Positions 1 through 13,487 are shown, counted from the first letter of the stretch. The stretch: 33,980 bases of DNA from Octopus bimaculoides (GCF_001194135.2 NC_068993.1:35080592-35114571); one strand, 5' to 3'. Notes: generated from the sequence alone by a model not told the origin. Numbers and translations: made by a program.

Positions 1-254
1 CAATGTGGCAAACACAAACCAAGACAGGAAAAAATGGACAGTGAAAACAACATTCAAAAGCCGTACGGCCAAACGCAAATCTGAGGTAGAACGCTAGTAG
101 TTCGTCTTGCCTTCACAGCGGCTGGAGTGAAAAGAAAGTTGACCACAGGTCACACGAGAGCAGAGAGGATGGTGGAGGGAGGAAGTGGAACAAGGAGGAA
201 GGGACAGAAGCAGTGAAGTAGAGGCCAGGACAGAAGGGTAGATAGGAAGACATG

Positions 255-311
255 CATATACATACATACATGCATACATACATACATACATACATACATA
301 CATACATACAT
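255..311. repeat. (TACA)n microsatellite
   Basis: Near-perfect catacata array; explains ORFs 94..303 and 113..307. Confidence 0.95.
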
Positions 312-561
312 TTAATTCAATTCATATACATACATATACTGGTGAGTGTGCAGGCGTACAACATAGATTTTTGAGTGGCACTCATGATCATAAAATTATA
401 GGTCCGACTCCTGGACCAGGTGACACATTGTGTTCTTGAGCTCGTTGCTGTAGTCTACTCATATATAAGCCACAGATTCTAGGAAACCGGCCTCAGGATC
501 CTATGATTCGGACGGACCTTTGATCCTTTACGAACGCGCACACACACACACGCATATATAT

Positions 562-741
562 GGGCGCAGGCGTGGCAGTGAGGCTTGGAGGTTGCTTCCC
601 CCAAGCACATGGTTTCAAGACCAATTTCACGTGGCACCTTGGGCAAGTGTCTTCTACTATAGCTTCGGGCCGAATAAAGTCTTGCGAGTTAATTTCATAG
701 CTGGAAACTGAAAGAAGCATGTCGTATATATGTGTGTGTAA

Positions 742-773
<32 letters not shown>

Positions 774-877
774 GTGCGTGCGTGTGCGTATGTGTGTGTC
801 AGTGTATATTCTCCACCAACGCTTGACAACCGGTGTTGGTGTTTTACGTCCCCGTAAAGTAGCGGTTCAGCAAAAGA
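562..877 (+). mobile_element. tRNA-type SINE, family A (CORE-like body with internal TA/TG microsatellite), 3' end lost in gap
   Basis: Head ggcgcaggcgtggc, body caccttgggcaagtgtcttctactatagc...gaaactgaaagaagc, then (TG)n, then cttgacaaccggtgttggtg. Colinear with 25351-25820. Confidence 0.85.
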
Positions 878-1781
878 NNNNNNNNNNNNNNNNNNNNNNN
901 NNNNNNNNNNNNNNNNNNNNNNNNNNNNNNNNNNNNNNNNNNNNNNNNNNNNNNNNNNNNNNNNNNNNNNNNNNNNNNNNNNNNNNNNNNNNNNNNNNNN
1001 NNNNNNNNNNNNNNNNNNNNNNNNNNNNNNNNNNNNNNNNNNNNNNNNNNNNNNNNNNNNNNNNNNNNNNNNNNNNNNNNNNNNNNNNNNNNNNNNNNNN
1101 NNNNNNNNNNNNNNNNNNNNNNNNNNNNNNNNNNNNNNNNNNNNNNNNNNNNNNNNNNNNNNNNNNNNNNNNNNNNNNNNNNNNNNNNNNNNNNNNNNNN
1201 NNNNNNNNNNNNNNNNNNNNNNNNNNNNNNNNNNNNNNNNNNNNNNNNNNNNNNNNNNNNNNNNNNNNNNNNNNNNNNNNNNNNNNNNNNNNNNNNNNNN
1301 NNNNNNNNNNNNNNNNNNNNNNNNNNNNNNNNNNNNNNNNNNNNNNNNNNNNNNNNNNNNNNNNNNNNNNNNNNNNNNNNNNNNNNNNNNNNNNNNNNNN
1401 NNNNNNNNNNNNNNNNNNNNNNNNNNNNNNNNNNNNNNNNNNNNNNNNNNNNNNNNNNNNNNNNNNNNNNNNNNNNNNNNNNNNNNNNNNNNNNNNNNNN
1501 NNNNNNNNNNNNNNNNNNNNNNNNNNNNNNNNNNNNNNNNNNNNNNNNNNNNNNNNNNNNNNNNNNNNNNNNNNNNNNNNNNNNNNNNNNNNNNNNNNNN
1601 NNNNNNNNNNNNNNNNNNNNNNNNNNNNNNNNNNNNNNNNNNNNNNNNNNNNNNNNNNNNNNNNNNNNNNNNNNNNNNNNNNNNNNNNNNNNNNNNNNNN
1701 NNNNNNNNNNNNNNNNNNNNNNNNNNNNNNNNNNNNNNNNNNNNNNNNNNNNNNNNNNNNNNNNNNNNNNNNNNNNNNNNN
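878..1781. other. assembly gap
   Basis: Run of N. Confidence 1.
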
Positions 1782-1782
1782 N

Positions 1783-1823
<41 letters not shown>

Positions 1824-2346
1824 GAGATGTATTCTGTTAAGACCGTATTAGAGTGTGAGTATCAGTGTAAATCCTGCATATATACGAAGATCTATATGAA
1901 TCGAAACATTTGTAGTGATAATTAAAAAGCTGCCTAACAGTACTTACTCTTCCTTTTGACTCTTTTACTCTTTACTTATATATATATATATATATTTCTT
2001 CTCTTTTCTGTCCTTTCCTGGGCGTCCAATAACACAGTACTTTTTTCACGTCCTCGCGTTGATGTTTTTTCTTGCTTGTTCTTGTTTGGATTGATTATAT
2101 ATATATATATACGTGTGTGTGAATATACATATGCATAAGTGTATATACATATATACACACATCTATCTATCTATCTATCTATCTATCTCTATGTCTGCAC
2201 GTATATATGTGTCAGTTCAAATAGAATGTCACTTTCTGTGGGTGAGGGTTTTTTGACTCCTATTTCTAACAATGCTACTGCGCCCTTGGTCAATTTAAGT
2301 GACGGTGAATTATTTCTTTTCGGTTTAAATTGCGTTCAGCCACCTT

Positions 2347-2389
<43 letters not shown>

Positions 2390-2799
2390 TATATATGAAA
2401 TACATGATAAGAACTTTCTTACATATACACTTGTCTATACATGCACTAACAGTTATGGTTCGCACACAGTATCAGAATTATAAATTTCTAAATAATTCTG
2501 TAATCTAAAATCCTAGTTCTTTTGTTATCAAAGAGAATCGTTTGACGAATTAAGTCCTAAAAATAATATAAAAAGCGTAAACTTACTCTTATGGTGCTCT
2601 TTTGGAAAAGACGTGTAAATTCCTTATTTTTTACAATACTGATCATTTCTTTGGCAGAATCTTGAGGAGAAACCAATTCAGCGCTTGTTATAATCCGATG
2701 TAATCTCTAAAATGGAAGAATTATTGTTCAGTTAATAACCTTCAGTTTTATGACATTCAAATAAATGAGTTGAATATAACAGCATAGTTAATGAATATT

Positions 2800-3005
2800 C
2801 ATTATGACGCTGATACAGATGGTAACGATGAAGATAAAGACAATGGTTGTGATGGAGCTGATGTGATGGTGGGGATGGTAATGATTGCCCCAACAGTTAT
2901 GATAATTGTGATAACAGTGACAACGATGAAGCTGATATTTATGACTAGGAGGACGATGATCAGAAAGATTATGGTGACAATGATGACAATGATGATAACA
3001 ACCAA
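2800..3005. repeat. degenerate (GAT/GAC/GGT)n low-complexity tract
   Basis: Mosaic of atg/gat/gac triplets; source of ORFs 2788..3045, 2791..3009 and 2802..3026. Confidence 0.85.
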
Positions 3006-3728
3006 ATGATTGGGTTTGTAAATCATGACAGAATATTTCAGTCAACCGAAACCTCTTTGAAGAGTCGATGGAATATATTTTATACCATGGAGCAACCTAC
3101 TAGAATTGACAAATCCTACACAAGCAATATCTGAGTGCCTGAAAAAGACGGAAGTATCTGTTGGATAATGTAGTTTGAGATACAGCGTTGGAATAAATGT
3201 TGTGATGGCCTCGACTGGAGTTGTATTCATCATAAGTTTGCTTTATAAGGGCTGACCAATGGCTAAAGAACGACAGCAACAGTAACAAAGGCTGTGAGTG
3301 TCTCTCTTGCAATCCAGTTTTGACAAAGGTTTCTTGTATTGTAGTTGAAAAAAAAAAAGAGATTGACCTGAGGCTGTTGCGAAAAGGACAGGCGGTCTTC
3401 ATCACTCTGGTGGTTTGGTCAAAAGAAGTGGTGTGAGAGACAGGACTGCAAACGTCGGAGATAGACATCTTCCTCTTTGGATAACCCCCTCATCGACGTT
3501 TTCAGGTTTCGTTAAAAAAGAGGAAACTGATGGTTGAATGGGAAATGCTTCCTTCCAGCAGATCATTTAGAAGGTGACTGAGTGTGGCGAACCTGCTCTG
3601 AGCATGCGCCTTTAGAGTGGAGAATGTTTTAATGATTTATTCCGTATAAATGTGTTCTTTTACATTTCTACTTCATTCCATTTTTGCATTTTGTTTATTT
3701 TTTTGAGCTTTTATACCCCAGGAAGAAA

Positions 3729-3805
3729 TTATTATTATTATTATTATTATTACTATTATTATTATTATTATTATTATTGTTGTTGCTGTTGTTGAGATTG
3801 TTGTC

Positions 3806-3845
<40 letters not shown>

Positions 3846-3960
3846 TCGCTGTTATTTTTGTACTTTTTGCTGTTGATGTTGTTGCTTTTGTTTTTGTTGT
3901 TGATGTTGCTTTTGTTATTGTTGTTGTTGTTGGTAGTGGTGGTATTGGTGGTGGTGCAGT
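3729..3960. repeat. compound trinucleotide microsatellite (ATT)n-(GTT)n-(GTA)n-(GGT)n
   Basis: Directly visible; gives the poly-L/V pseudo-ORF 3684..4148. Confidence 0.95.
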
Positions 3961-4813
3961 GGCGTCATCGTTGTTGTTTTCTGAAAGGGACTCGTTCGCA
4001 TATTCTAGTCCAAAGACTGATATATATTTTAGTTGCCATGCTCAGAAATATCAAATGTCAAAATAATGTTCTGAGAGAACAATTTTGTTACATTGACCGA
4101 TTCTATTGCTATTTTCTGCAAGTTACTTATTTCTATTCTTACAGGTAAACTCACGTTTTATTTCTTCCCAAATGCATTTGTGATATTATTCCAGCTGTAC
4201 CAATATAGAATGAAATTATGGTACTTTTCTCATGTGTCAAAATGATTTACATTTCAAAGCTTTATCAGTGAATGTTGTTGTTATGGCTGTTGTTGTTGTT
4301 GTTTTTCTTTATCAAAGGTAATTTTATCACGCCAATACTGTAGTAATTGTTAATGCTAATGTCAGCCGATAGAAACACTGTATTTTTGTTTTTATAAAGT
4401 GCAATCATGTAGGATTATTTCGCATGTAAACTAGTGATCAATTTCTGTTATAATTTGCCTACAATTGACTGTTACGTCTTCAAAGACAATTGGATATTTA
4501 TGTTAGTACTACACGTTATTTGCGACTAGTTGAAATTGGGGTAGTATTAATATTTAGCAAGGCTTAAGTTAAGGTCTTTTAGTTGTGGGAGTGTTGGGAG
4601 GGGTAATGTAGCATATTCACATGTAATACACTCTATTGTTTTTGTTGTTATGCTTCGTTATTTTTAGAAGGCAATCTCATATATTTTCACAATACTTCTG
4701 TGTCCTTGTTTAGTTTAGATATTTACTTCTAGTCGAAGGGTAATATTTCATTTCTTTACTCTGGTGTATCTGGTTTTGGTATATTTAGTATATCTTTAGC
4801 TATCTACATCTAG

Positions 4814-5061
4814 TATCTTTTATCTTTTGCTTGTTTCAATCATTAAATAGCGACCATTCTAGGACACCGTCTTGAAGAATTTTAGTCGAATTAATCGACC
4901 CCGATACTTATTTTCTTTTAGGCCTAGCACTTATCGTATCGCTCTCTTGTGCGGAATCGCCACGTTACGGGGACATAAACACACCAACTCCGGTCATCAA
5001 GCAGCAGTGTCAGACACACACAGACAAAGATACATACACACACACACACAGAGACAAAGAT

Positions 5062-5157
<96 letters not shown>

Positions 5158-5308
5158 TTATGATAGACTTTTTTCAGTTTCCGTATCCTAAATCCACTGA
5201 CAAGGATTTGGTCGGCCCGAGGCGATAGTAGACGACACTCGCCCAAGGAGCCACGCAGTGAGACTGAACCCGGAACCATACGACAAGCAATCAAACTTCT
5301 TATCACTT
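4814..5308 (-). mobile_element. SINE family A, near full length
   Basis: Reverse complement matches 25351-25820 (ccttgggcgagtgtcgtctactatcgcctcgggccgaccaaatcc). Internal (CA)n/(TA)n at ~5011-5160; tail aaaagataaaagata. Confidence 0.9.
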
Positions 5309-6430
5309 AAAATACGAAATAATTCAAAACCATGTTCCATCTTTACATTTATCTGATACGATATTTCTTTCGAAATTGTCTTTGGCTTATTGGTCATCTC
5401 ACAGAATTTACTTACTTCTGGGTTGGATTAATTTTTATGAACTCTTTATGCCACTCTATTCGAAAATAGACTGTATCCCGTCCAGTATATTACAAAGTGA
5501 AATGCATTGCTGTCAAACTTAAACAGTCACCTTTTGAAATTAATAATAGCTTAGTCATCTCAAACGTCAATTTTAGTCACAAATGAGCAACATGCCGACT
5601 GGAATTAGTCGAATAACAAATGTATCGCTTCCCGGATGATTATCTTATTTCCGATTACAGTACATAGTGCGTGCTGGCTGAACATCGTATTACCGAATGC
5701 AGAACTAATGACTTGCTATGTGATCATCACATTACCGTATATACTACACAGCTCTTGCCGTGTAATCAACACATTGCTTACTGCAATACATATATGATGT
5801 CCTAATCAGATTAGATACTTTAAGATATACAGTGTCCCATCAGAGTGTCGTCCTGTCTCTTCTTCTTGATGTTCTGTATTGGTGTTTATATAAATTTCTA
5901 AAATCATTTACAATAAGCATCTTAGCAGTTAATTTATAACTGCTTTAAATAGATTCTGAACGTCTAGTTTGTGTGAAAAACAAAAAGGATTTCAATAAAT
6001 TTCAAGAAATTAGTTTTATGATGTCCGATTGTTAGAAATGATATAACCAGATACAACACACACGTTATTGTATTACATATAATGGAAGCAATCAATATTC
6101 ATACTAGTATCATAAGTTGTGCAATTTCTAAGACAATTATTGTAAACTCGTCATTAGTTATAATTGTAATAGCTTTAATTACACACATTTAGTTTTGTTT
6201 CAAACGCCCATGCAGCTAGCAACCATACTGTTTCCATTTGAAGGAACTGTAAGTATTAATAATAAGGAATTCGTAAAATAGAATGTATGTATGCAGACAC
6301 ACACACACACACACGCACGCACACACATACACGCACATATACGCACATACATGCATATGCGTGAGGGTGTGTATCTCTTTCTCCCTCTCTGGTTCTATAT
6401 ATGTATATCTCTCTCTCTCTCTCTCTCTCT

Positions 6431-6796
6431 NNNNNNNNNNNNNNNNNNNNNNNNNNNNNNNNNNNNNNNNNNNNNNNNNNNNNNNNNNNNNNNNNNNNNN
6501 NNNNNNNNNNNNNNNNNNNNNNNNNNNNNNNNNNNNNNNNNNNNNNNNNNNNNNNNNNNNNNNNNNNNNNNNNNNNNNNNNNNNNNNNNNNNNNNNNNNN
6601 NNNNNNNNNNNNNNNNNNNNNNNNNNNNNNNNNNNNNNNNNNNNNNNNNNNNNNNNNNNNNNNNNNNNNNNNNNNNNNNNNNNNNNNNNNNNNNNNNNNN
6701 NNNNNNNNNNNNNNNNNNNNNNNNNNNNNNNNNNNNNNNNNNNNNNNNNNNNNNNNNNNNNNNNNNNNNNNNNNNNNNNNNNNNNNNNNNNNNNNN
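6431..6796. other. assembly gap flanked by (CT)n and TA/TG repeats
   Basis: Run of N. Confidence 1.
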
Positions 6797-7168
6797 ATAT
6801 AATGTATGTGTGTGTGTGTATCTATGTATGTATAAATGTGTGTATGTGTGTATAATGCAAGTAAAAATGAATATAGTCTAATTTTATTATTAGTTACAAT
6901 TGTTTCTCTCCCATTCCATTTCTGACGCCATTGCACGTGAATGATTGAAAGTTAGAGAATACTGCATAACGCGTATATGTGCAGTTGATTATAGTGGAGT
7001 AGTACTTCATCAGATTAGTCTGATGCCGTGCCTTTTCACAATTAAATTAAGGTTATTGCTTTCAACCTATTTTAAGAACAACAACGGACAAATTTTTCTA
7101 ATGAGATAACTAAGTACTAAGAACTGAGTTGAATTTATTGTAAAGTTCAAGATGACCAGAACTTTGCA

Positions 7169-7205
<37 letters not shown>

Positions 7206-8599
7206 TGAAGATCTCAGCCAGGTCTTACCTAACAGTAAGTTGCATAATCATGGTCCTGTATACATATTAGTTCTTCACATTATCAGAACTTGTTTCATAT
7301 TCTGAAATAAATTGATGACGGAAAGATCTAAGTTCAGCGGGTAAAAATTATATAATTCGACCTTAGAATCTTCTTTGAAACACTTGTAAAAATGATATGT
7401 GTAATTTACACGTGTCAATTTCAGAACATGCTCTCTGGTTTTGTTGTCTTCTATGTATACTCTGTAATCGTTATAACTATGGAAGACCATTAGAAGGAAA
7501 TTTCGACTACAAAACACAGTTTCTTTTTATAGCTTTCTCTTTCAGTACATAATAAAACACACGCGCGTACACACACACACACACATTTATATACACATGT
7601 GTGTATAAGTAAATTTAAAATTTAAAAGATAATCTTTAATCCTGAAGGGGAAGAAAGGAGGTGAAATATGAAAGAATGTTTGAAGACTATACGATTTTTC
7701 GTTCTTATACTAAAAAAGAATAAAGCTGGTGCGATGGAACTAGTAACGTTTGTTAGGATATTCTGACAGAAAAGACTCTTAAAAATGAGTTCAAATATGA
7801 TTGAATATTTAAAAATAAATAAATAAATAGACAGTATATTCGAAAGAGTTACATAACTGAAGGCAGCCAGTGTAGATAATCAGTGAATCGGAATGTAACA
7901 GTGTGTTAAAACGGAAACAGTTCATATGTCAAACCTGTTGCCAGAATATCGATAGAGTTTTTCAAAGTATATTTTCTTCGTTATCGGGTCGATGTTGTCT
8001 GGCTGAAATGTTTGAAAAGTGAGCGGTACTGCCGCTTGCTAAGGGATAGAATTACCTACTAAATGGATTTCCATCAGTATCGACGATGAGTATTTAGTTG
8101 CTTGATGAACTGAACTTCATGCTCGTTGAATTAAAGTGAAAATAGCGGAATAATTCTAGCAGGTTTTAATCACACGTGTCTGTGCATAATAGGGCTCTAC
8201 CTTTTTTTATTAGAAGCACGACCCATTCTGACAGTGACAGAAAGAATGCATGTCAGCATGCACTTAGTTGTGCCTTGGAGTACTTCAGTTGCACAACCAG
8301 TGTTAAAATGAAGACCATTTAATTTAACACCCATTGTGGTTGTTTAGACTAAATCAGCCCATATTGAGCAGAACAACTGTTTAAGACAGTATTATTGTAA
8401 CCATCAAATCTTATAGTTTATCTGAGACTACCATCCAGTACACGCAAACACACACACTCACACACACACTCACACACACACTCACACACACACATATGCA
8501 CACACATACACACACTCACACACATATAAACACACACACTCACACACATCTTTGCGCGCGCGTGTGTGTGTGTGGGGTGGGTAGTATGGTGAATGTTTA

Positions 8600-8871
8600 A
8601 GGAGTTCGGGTTCGAGACCACTACGTGTCATATCCTATAGCCTTCAGCCTTGTGAAATTTTGGCAGAATCAAACTGTGTAGATACTCGTTGAGTGGACTG
8701 AATCTGCAATTTAAAGGTCCGGCCTTGTTACACGCTGTGTCACACTGATCCTGCCTGGAGGGTATGTTAGGACTACACCTGTCTGCTGAATATTCAGCCG
8801 CTTACATGCTAAACCAATGAGCTTGGTAATTTAGTTGATCAAATAACTGAATACTCATGGTCGGAAATTCC
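8600..8871 (+). mobile_element. old chimeric SINE: family-A head/core joined to family-B 3' domain
   Basis: gggttcgagaccactacgtg...ctatagcc...gccttgtga...aaactgtgtaga (A-like), then tttaaaggtccggccttgttacacgctgtgtcacactga...ttcagccgcttacatgctaa (like reverse complement of 12230-12370). Confidence 0.7.
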
Positions 8872-8936
8872 AAGCGAAATACAGTCATATTATCCAAAAC
8901 ATTTCTCTATTTCTTAAACATTGAAGAGTATGGTGT

Positions 8937-8999
<63 letters not shown>

Positions 9000-9605
9000 N
9001 NNNNNNNNNNNNNNNNNNNNNNNNNNNNNNNNNNNNNNNNNNNNNNNNNNNNNNNNNNNNNNNNNNNNNNNNNNNNNNNNNNNNNNNNNNNNNNNNNNNN
9101 NNNNNNNNNNNNNNNNNNNNNNNNNNNNNNNNNNNNNNNNNNNNNNNNNNNNNNNNNNNNNNNNNNNNNNNNNNNNNNNNNNNNNNNNNNNNNNNNNNNN
9201 NNNNNNNNNNNNNNNNNNNNNNNNNNNNNNNNNNNNNNNNNNNNNNNNNNNNNNNNNNNNNNNNNNNNNNNNNNNNNNNNNNNNNNNNNNNNNNNNNNNN
9301 NNNNNNNNNNNNNNNNNNNNNNNNNNNNNNNNNNNNNNNNNNNNNNNNNNNNNNNNNNNNNNNNNNNNNNNNNNNNNNNNNNNNNNNNNNNNNNNNNNNN
9401 NNNNNNNNNNNNNNNNNNNNNNNNNNNNNNNNNNNNNNNNNNNNNNNNNNNNNNNNNNNNNNNNNNNNNNNNNNNNNNNNNNNNNNNNNNNNNNNNNNNN
9501 NNNNNNNNNNNNNNNNNNNNNNNNNNNNNNNNNNNNNNNNNNNNNNNNNNNNNNNNNNNNNNNNNNNNNNNNNNNNNNNNNNNNNNNNNNNNNNNNNNNN
9601 NNNNN
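9000..9605. other. assembly gap after (GA)n
   Basis: Run of N. Confidence 1.
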
Positions 9606-10789
9606 CACTTAATTAGATTTTAGTTAATTTTTAATTACTTTAATTAAAATTTTACGAAAGTTTTTATTAAAATAATATTTTGAATTACTTTGTATTTTAA
9701 AATAAATTTTTATTGCATTTTAATAATAATTTCGTTAAGTTATTAATCAAAATTTCATGAAATTTTATTTTATTCGTTAAATTTCTGAAATTAGCTTGAC
9801 AATACATTTGGTTATAATTCTTAAATTCTGTTGCGTTTTGCATCTTCATAGGTTTTACTTTAATAATAAATTTCAATAAAGTATTTGGCACTGGTGTCTA
9901 GTTTACCAAACTGCTGAGAACAATCGTTGTATAAGAACCATACAATGTTTCTAACTGATTTCTTTACCAAACATTTAGCAATACTTCTTCAGTTTGTAAT
10001 TCTTTTCTGTATTTAAGGCTATCTTGATATGGAAGTATCAGGAATCAACAAGAGATTGCGAAAACGCACTTCTAAACAAATAGACGCAGTGCATTCAGTA
10101 TATTTTATTCTTGTCAAACGGTTTGTAGAAAGGTAGCTATTTTCACAAAAGGGTTACTGGTTTGTTGTTTTGTTTAGTCCTCGGTTAGACTAATCCAGCA
10201 AAGCTAAAGTTATTCAAGCCAAAGCCAATCCGAAACTGTGCGGAAGGTGAGATTTAAAATACATTTGATTGCTATTCCTAGCAAATCGAGTGACCAGCTA
10301 GGGATTTCTCTATATTGATAAGGATAGTTTTGTGAATTACCAAGAAAGTATGAAAATCCAGCATTTCTGAAATAATAATCTTTTGTTTTAAAGAATATAA
10401 ATGACGTTAATACACTTGGGTTACAACCCATAATTTTATTCAAATATGTAGAAAGTTAGTTTTATCCAAAAACCTTTACTCAGTTCACTTTCAGATCGAA
10501 TTTGCGTTTCCTCGTGTGTTATAATTACTCCTTTATCCTCTTCATTCTAATTACTCTTATTTTCCACCCCATCAAAATATTTTAAAACTATAAATTCTTT
10601 TGACAAGCTACTGTAATCTAGCCTAAGATCTTCAAATCAAATAATTAATCAGCAGTTTGACTATATATGGCCATTATCTTTGCAAATGTACTTCCTTTTA
10701 TAACTCACCTGTGACATACAAGTAACCGAACCCATTCTCTTACCTATGTCCCTTCACATCTCACGCAAATTAAACCCTATAACTCACTA

Positions 10790-10799
10790 NNNNNNNNNN
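10790..10799. other. 10-N contig join
   Basis: Run of N. Confidence 1.
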
Positions 10800-11162
10800 A
10801 AGAAGTTCAATCAAGATGCACTAACACCGTAATAGGAAGAACATTGCCTATAACAAGTATAGGGAGTTGCTCATCGTTCATCTCCACCAACTAGGAATAG
10901 TTTTATATTTATTGCACAACTAGCTTCACGTTCTCCCATCTCTCAGACTGAAACAGAATCTGGTTCCTTACAATAAATGTTTCAACTAAATTTGCAAAAT
11001 ACTCTACTGATAAATATGGTTCTATATAAAACTAGAACAGATAAGGGAAGCGAGAGGACGGTCCTCTACGGACGGTATTTGGTGGGAGAACTTTACACAT
11101 GCATTAGAAGGGAGCACATCATCATCAGTAGTAGTAGTAGTAGTAGTAGCAGCAGCAGCAGC

Positions 11163-11220
11163 ATCATTACGCCGAGCAATATGCTTAGCGGCATTTCTTT
11201 CTTATTTACGTTCTGAATTT
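11163..11220 (+). mobile_element. SINE family C, short 5' fragment
   Basis: aatatgcttagcggcatttc...tacgttctgaatt matches 19654-19695. Confidence 0.6.
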
Positions 11221-12189
11221 TTTAACACATAATTATAAGCTACACATGTTTTAGTGGCACCTCCATCGTAACGCCAGTTTACAGGAAAACTCTAAAAGAA
11301 AAGTTACGTAATACATGTGGTTTTAGGCATTGGAGAGGTACTTTCGCAGACTTGCATCAAAGTCATGCTATCATATTGAGCGTCTATTAGACCTGGTTGT
11401 TAGCAAGGTACCGAGAGGAAATAAAAAGAAAAATATTTTAATGTGTATGTAGGATGGGTCTGTGATGGGAAGATATTATGTCGGTGGTGGGCATCAAGAG
11501 GATGAATATGTATAATGATAGGAGGGGGAAGAGAAGAAGGGGAGGAAAACGAATCGAAGAATGCCAAAGAGAAGAATTGGTAGAAGGAGAAGGAAAGGAA
11601 TATGTAGAGGAAAACGGAGGAAAAAAGCTGGCGATGTGTCAAGCAGTACTGGCAGAGGCATTGTTACCAAGGAAGACGATAAATTTACCCACACAGCGGC
11701 ATTGGTCTGTGACATCTTAAGGTGAAGAGATCTTTTAAACAGATAACTATACAATTGTCCAGAGTCAAAGGATGAGGATGTTAAAGATGTATGTTGTGGG
11801 TTGACCTGAATTTGTGACCTTAGTGTGTTTGGGGACGGGGAGGGAGATACAAATTGGAATAGTAAAAGACGAACATGCATACAGAAATGTAAACATAGAC
11901 ACAGACGTGTATATATACTCAGCGGAAGCAGACACACTTGCACACACAGACACATAAACTACACACACACACACTCGCGTAAACACATACACACATATAT
12001 ATACATACACACACGCATATATAAAAATATAAATCTACACACGCAAACACACAGACACCCACAGGATCGTATAAGTATATCATTACGTCCATCCAATCAC
12101 GTATATACATACATAGATACATGCATACATACCTGCACACCCATATACATACACACACACATACATACATACATACATTCATAAATACA

Positions 12190-12579
12190 TTGTTGTTGTT
12201 GGCACTCCGTCGCTTACGACGTCGAGGGTTCCAGCTGATTCGATCAACGGAACAGCCTGCTCGTGAAATTAACGTGCAAGTGGCTGAGCACTCCACAGCC
12301 ACGTGTACCTTTAACGTAGTTCTCGGGGATATTCAGCGTGACACAGTGTGACAAGGCTGGCCCTTTGAATTACAGGCACAACAGAAACAGGAAGTAAAAG
12401 TGAGAGAAAGTTGTGGTGAAGGAGTACAGCAGGGTTCGCCACCATCTCCTATCGGAGCCTCGTGGAGCTTTTAGGTGTTTTCGTTCAATAAACACTCACA
12501 ACGCCCGGTCTGGGAATCGAAACCGCGATCCTATGACCGCGAGTCCGCTGCCCTAACCACTGGGCCATTGCACCTCCAC
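12190..12579 (-). mobile_element. tRNA-derived SINE, family B, full length with (AAC)n tail
   Basis: Minus strand begins gtggaggtgcaaTGGCCCAGTGGttagggcagcgg...GGTTTCGATTCCC (Pol III A and B boxes) and ends ggagtgcc(aac)n. Confidence 0.9.
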
Positions 12580-12702
12580 TACATAAATACATACACCGAT
12601 GCATATATACATACACAAGTAAATACGCACTTACATATATATATATATAGATAGATATGCATAAATGTACCTATATATACATATATATACTATATATTCA
12701 CA

Positions 12703-12763
<61 letters not shown>

Positions 12764-13433
12764 TATATATGCACGTGTATGTATATATATATATGCATAT
12801 ATATGTGTGTATATATGTATATATATATGTGTGTGTGTATGTGTGTGTTTGTACTCGTAAACACAAATATGTATGTTGATATGTATGCATATATGTATGT
12901 GTCGGATATACGTGCATTTTAGATTTTCCAACTTAACGACATTGTTCTCAATTACGTATCACTTTTCGTCTTGTAAATAATTCTTGCTAGCTTTTTTTTT
13001 TCGTAAATAACGTCTGAATCGTGTTCAACTGATAACATGTTTCTAGTTGGAGAATGAAATTACTTTTGAAATACTTTGACGCTTCTTGATGTTACAAAAT
13101 ATTGCTTTCTGCATCTGCTCTCATTCTGACATTGACGCAATCGACATCGGAGGAGATTGACAAATCTATTTGCTGTTATATCTTTCTATACAGTAATTTG
13201 TGTTCCAAATTTAATAGAATGTCTCAAAAATGTCGATGTTATTTATTCCGCGTATGTTTCTTCTTGCAGCCTCAATCATCTAACAGGTATTACATTTTGC
13301 GTGTCCCCGTCCCCAGGCAGTATACTTTTGCAGCCTTGGGCTTATGTTGAAAATAAATACTTTTGGAAATTTGCGTGTGACATAATTGCATTTTTAAATA
13401 TTAGTATTAAATATCAAGTGAAATTGAGAGACA

Positions 13434-13468
<35 letters not shown>

Positions 13469-13487
13469 TGATAATAATAATAATAAT
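13434..13487 (+). repeat. (AAT)n microsatellite abutting the 5' truncation of a Dong-like element
   Basis: Directly visible. Confidence 0.95.

Noticed and set aside
370-490. Possible separate SINE head (ggtccgactcctgg...gtgttcttgagc)
   Set aside because: B-box-like only and too degraded to assign or bound.
3684-4148. Poly-Leu/Val membrane-like ORF
   Set aside because: Translation of (ATT)n/(GTT)n/(GTA)n microsatellites.
6237-6252. 16-mer tttgaaggaactgtaa shared with 31055-31070
   Set aside because: No flanking similarity seen; cannot distinguish from chance or an unrecognised old repeat.
9606-9890. Mitochondrial rRNA insertion (NUMT)
   Set aside because: Faint 16S-like words are not in the expected order; AT richness alone is insufficient.
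11494-11955. Host exon in ORFs 11478..11720 or 11494..11955
   Set aside because: Splice-like signals exist but there is no recognisable domain, and flanking codons come from purine-rich and CA repeats.
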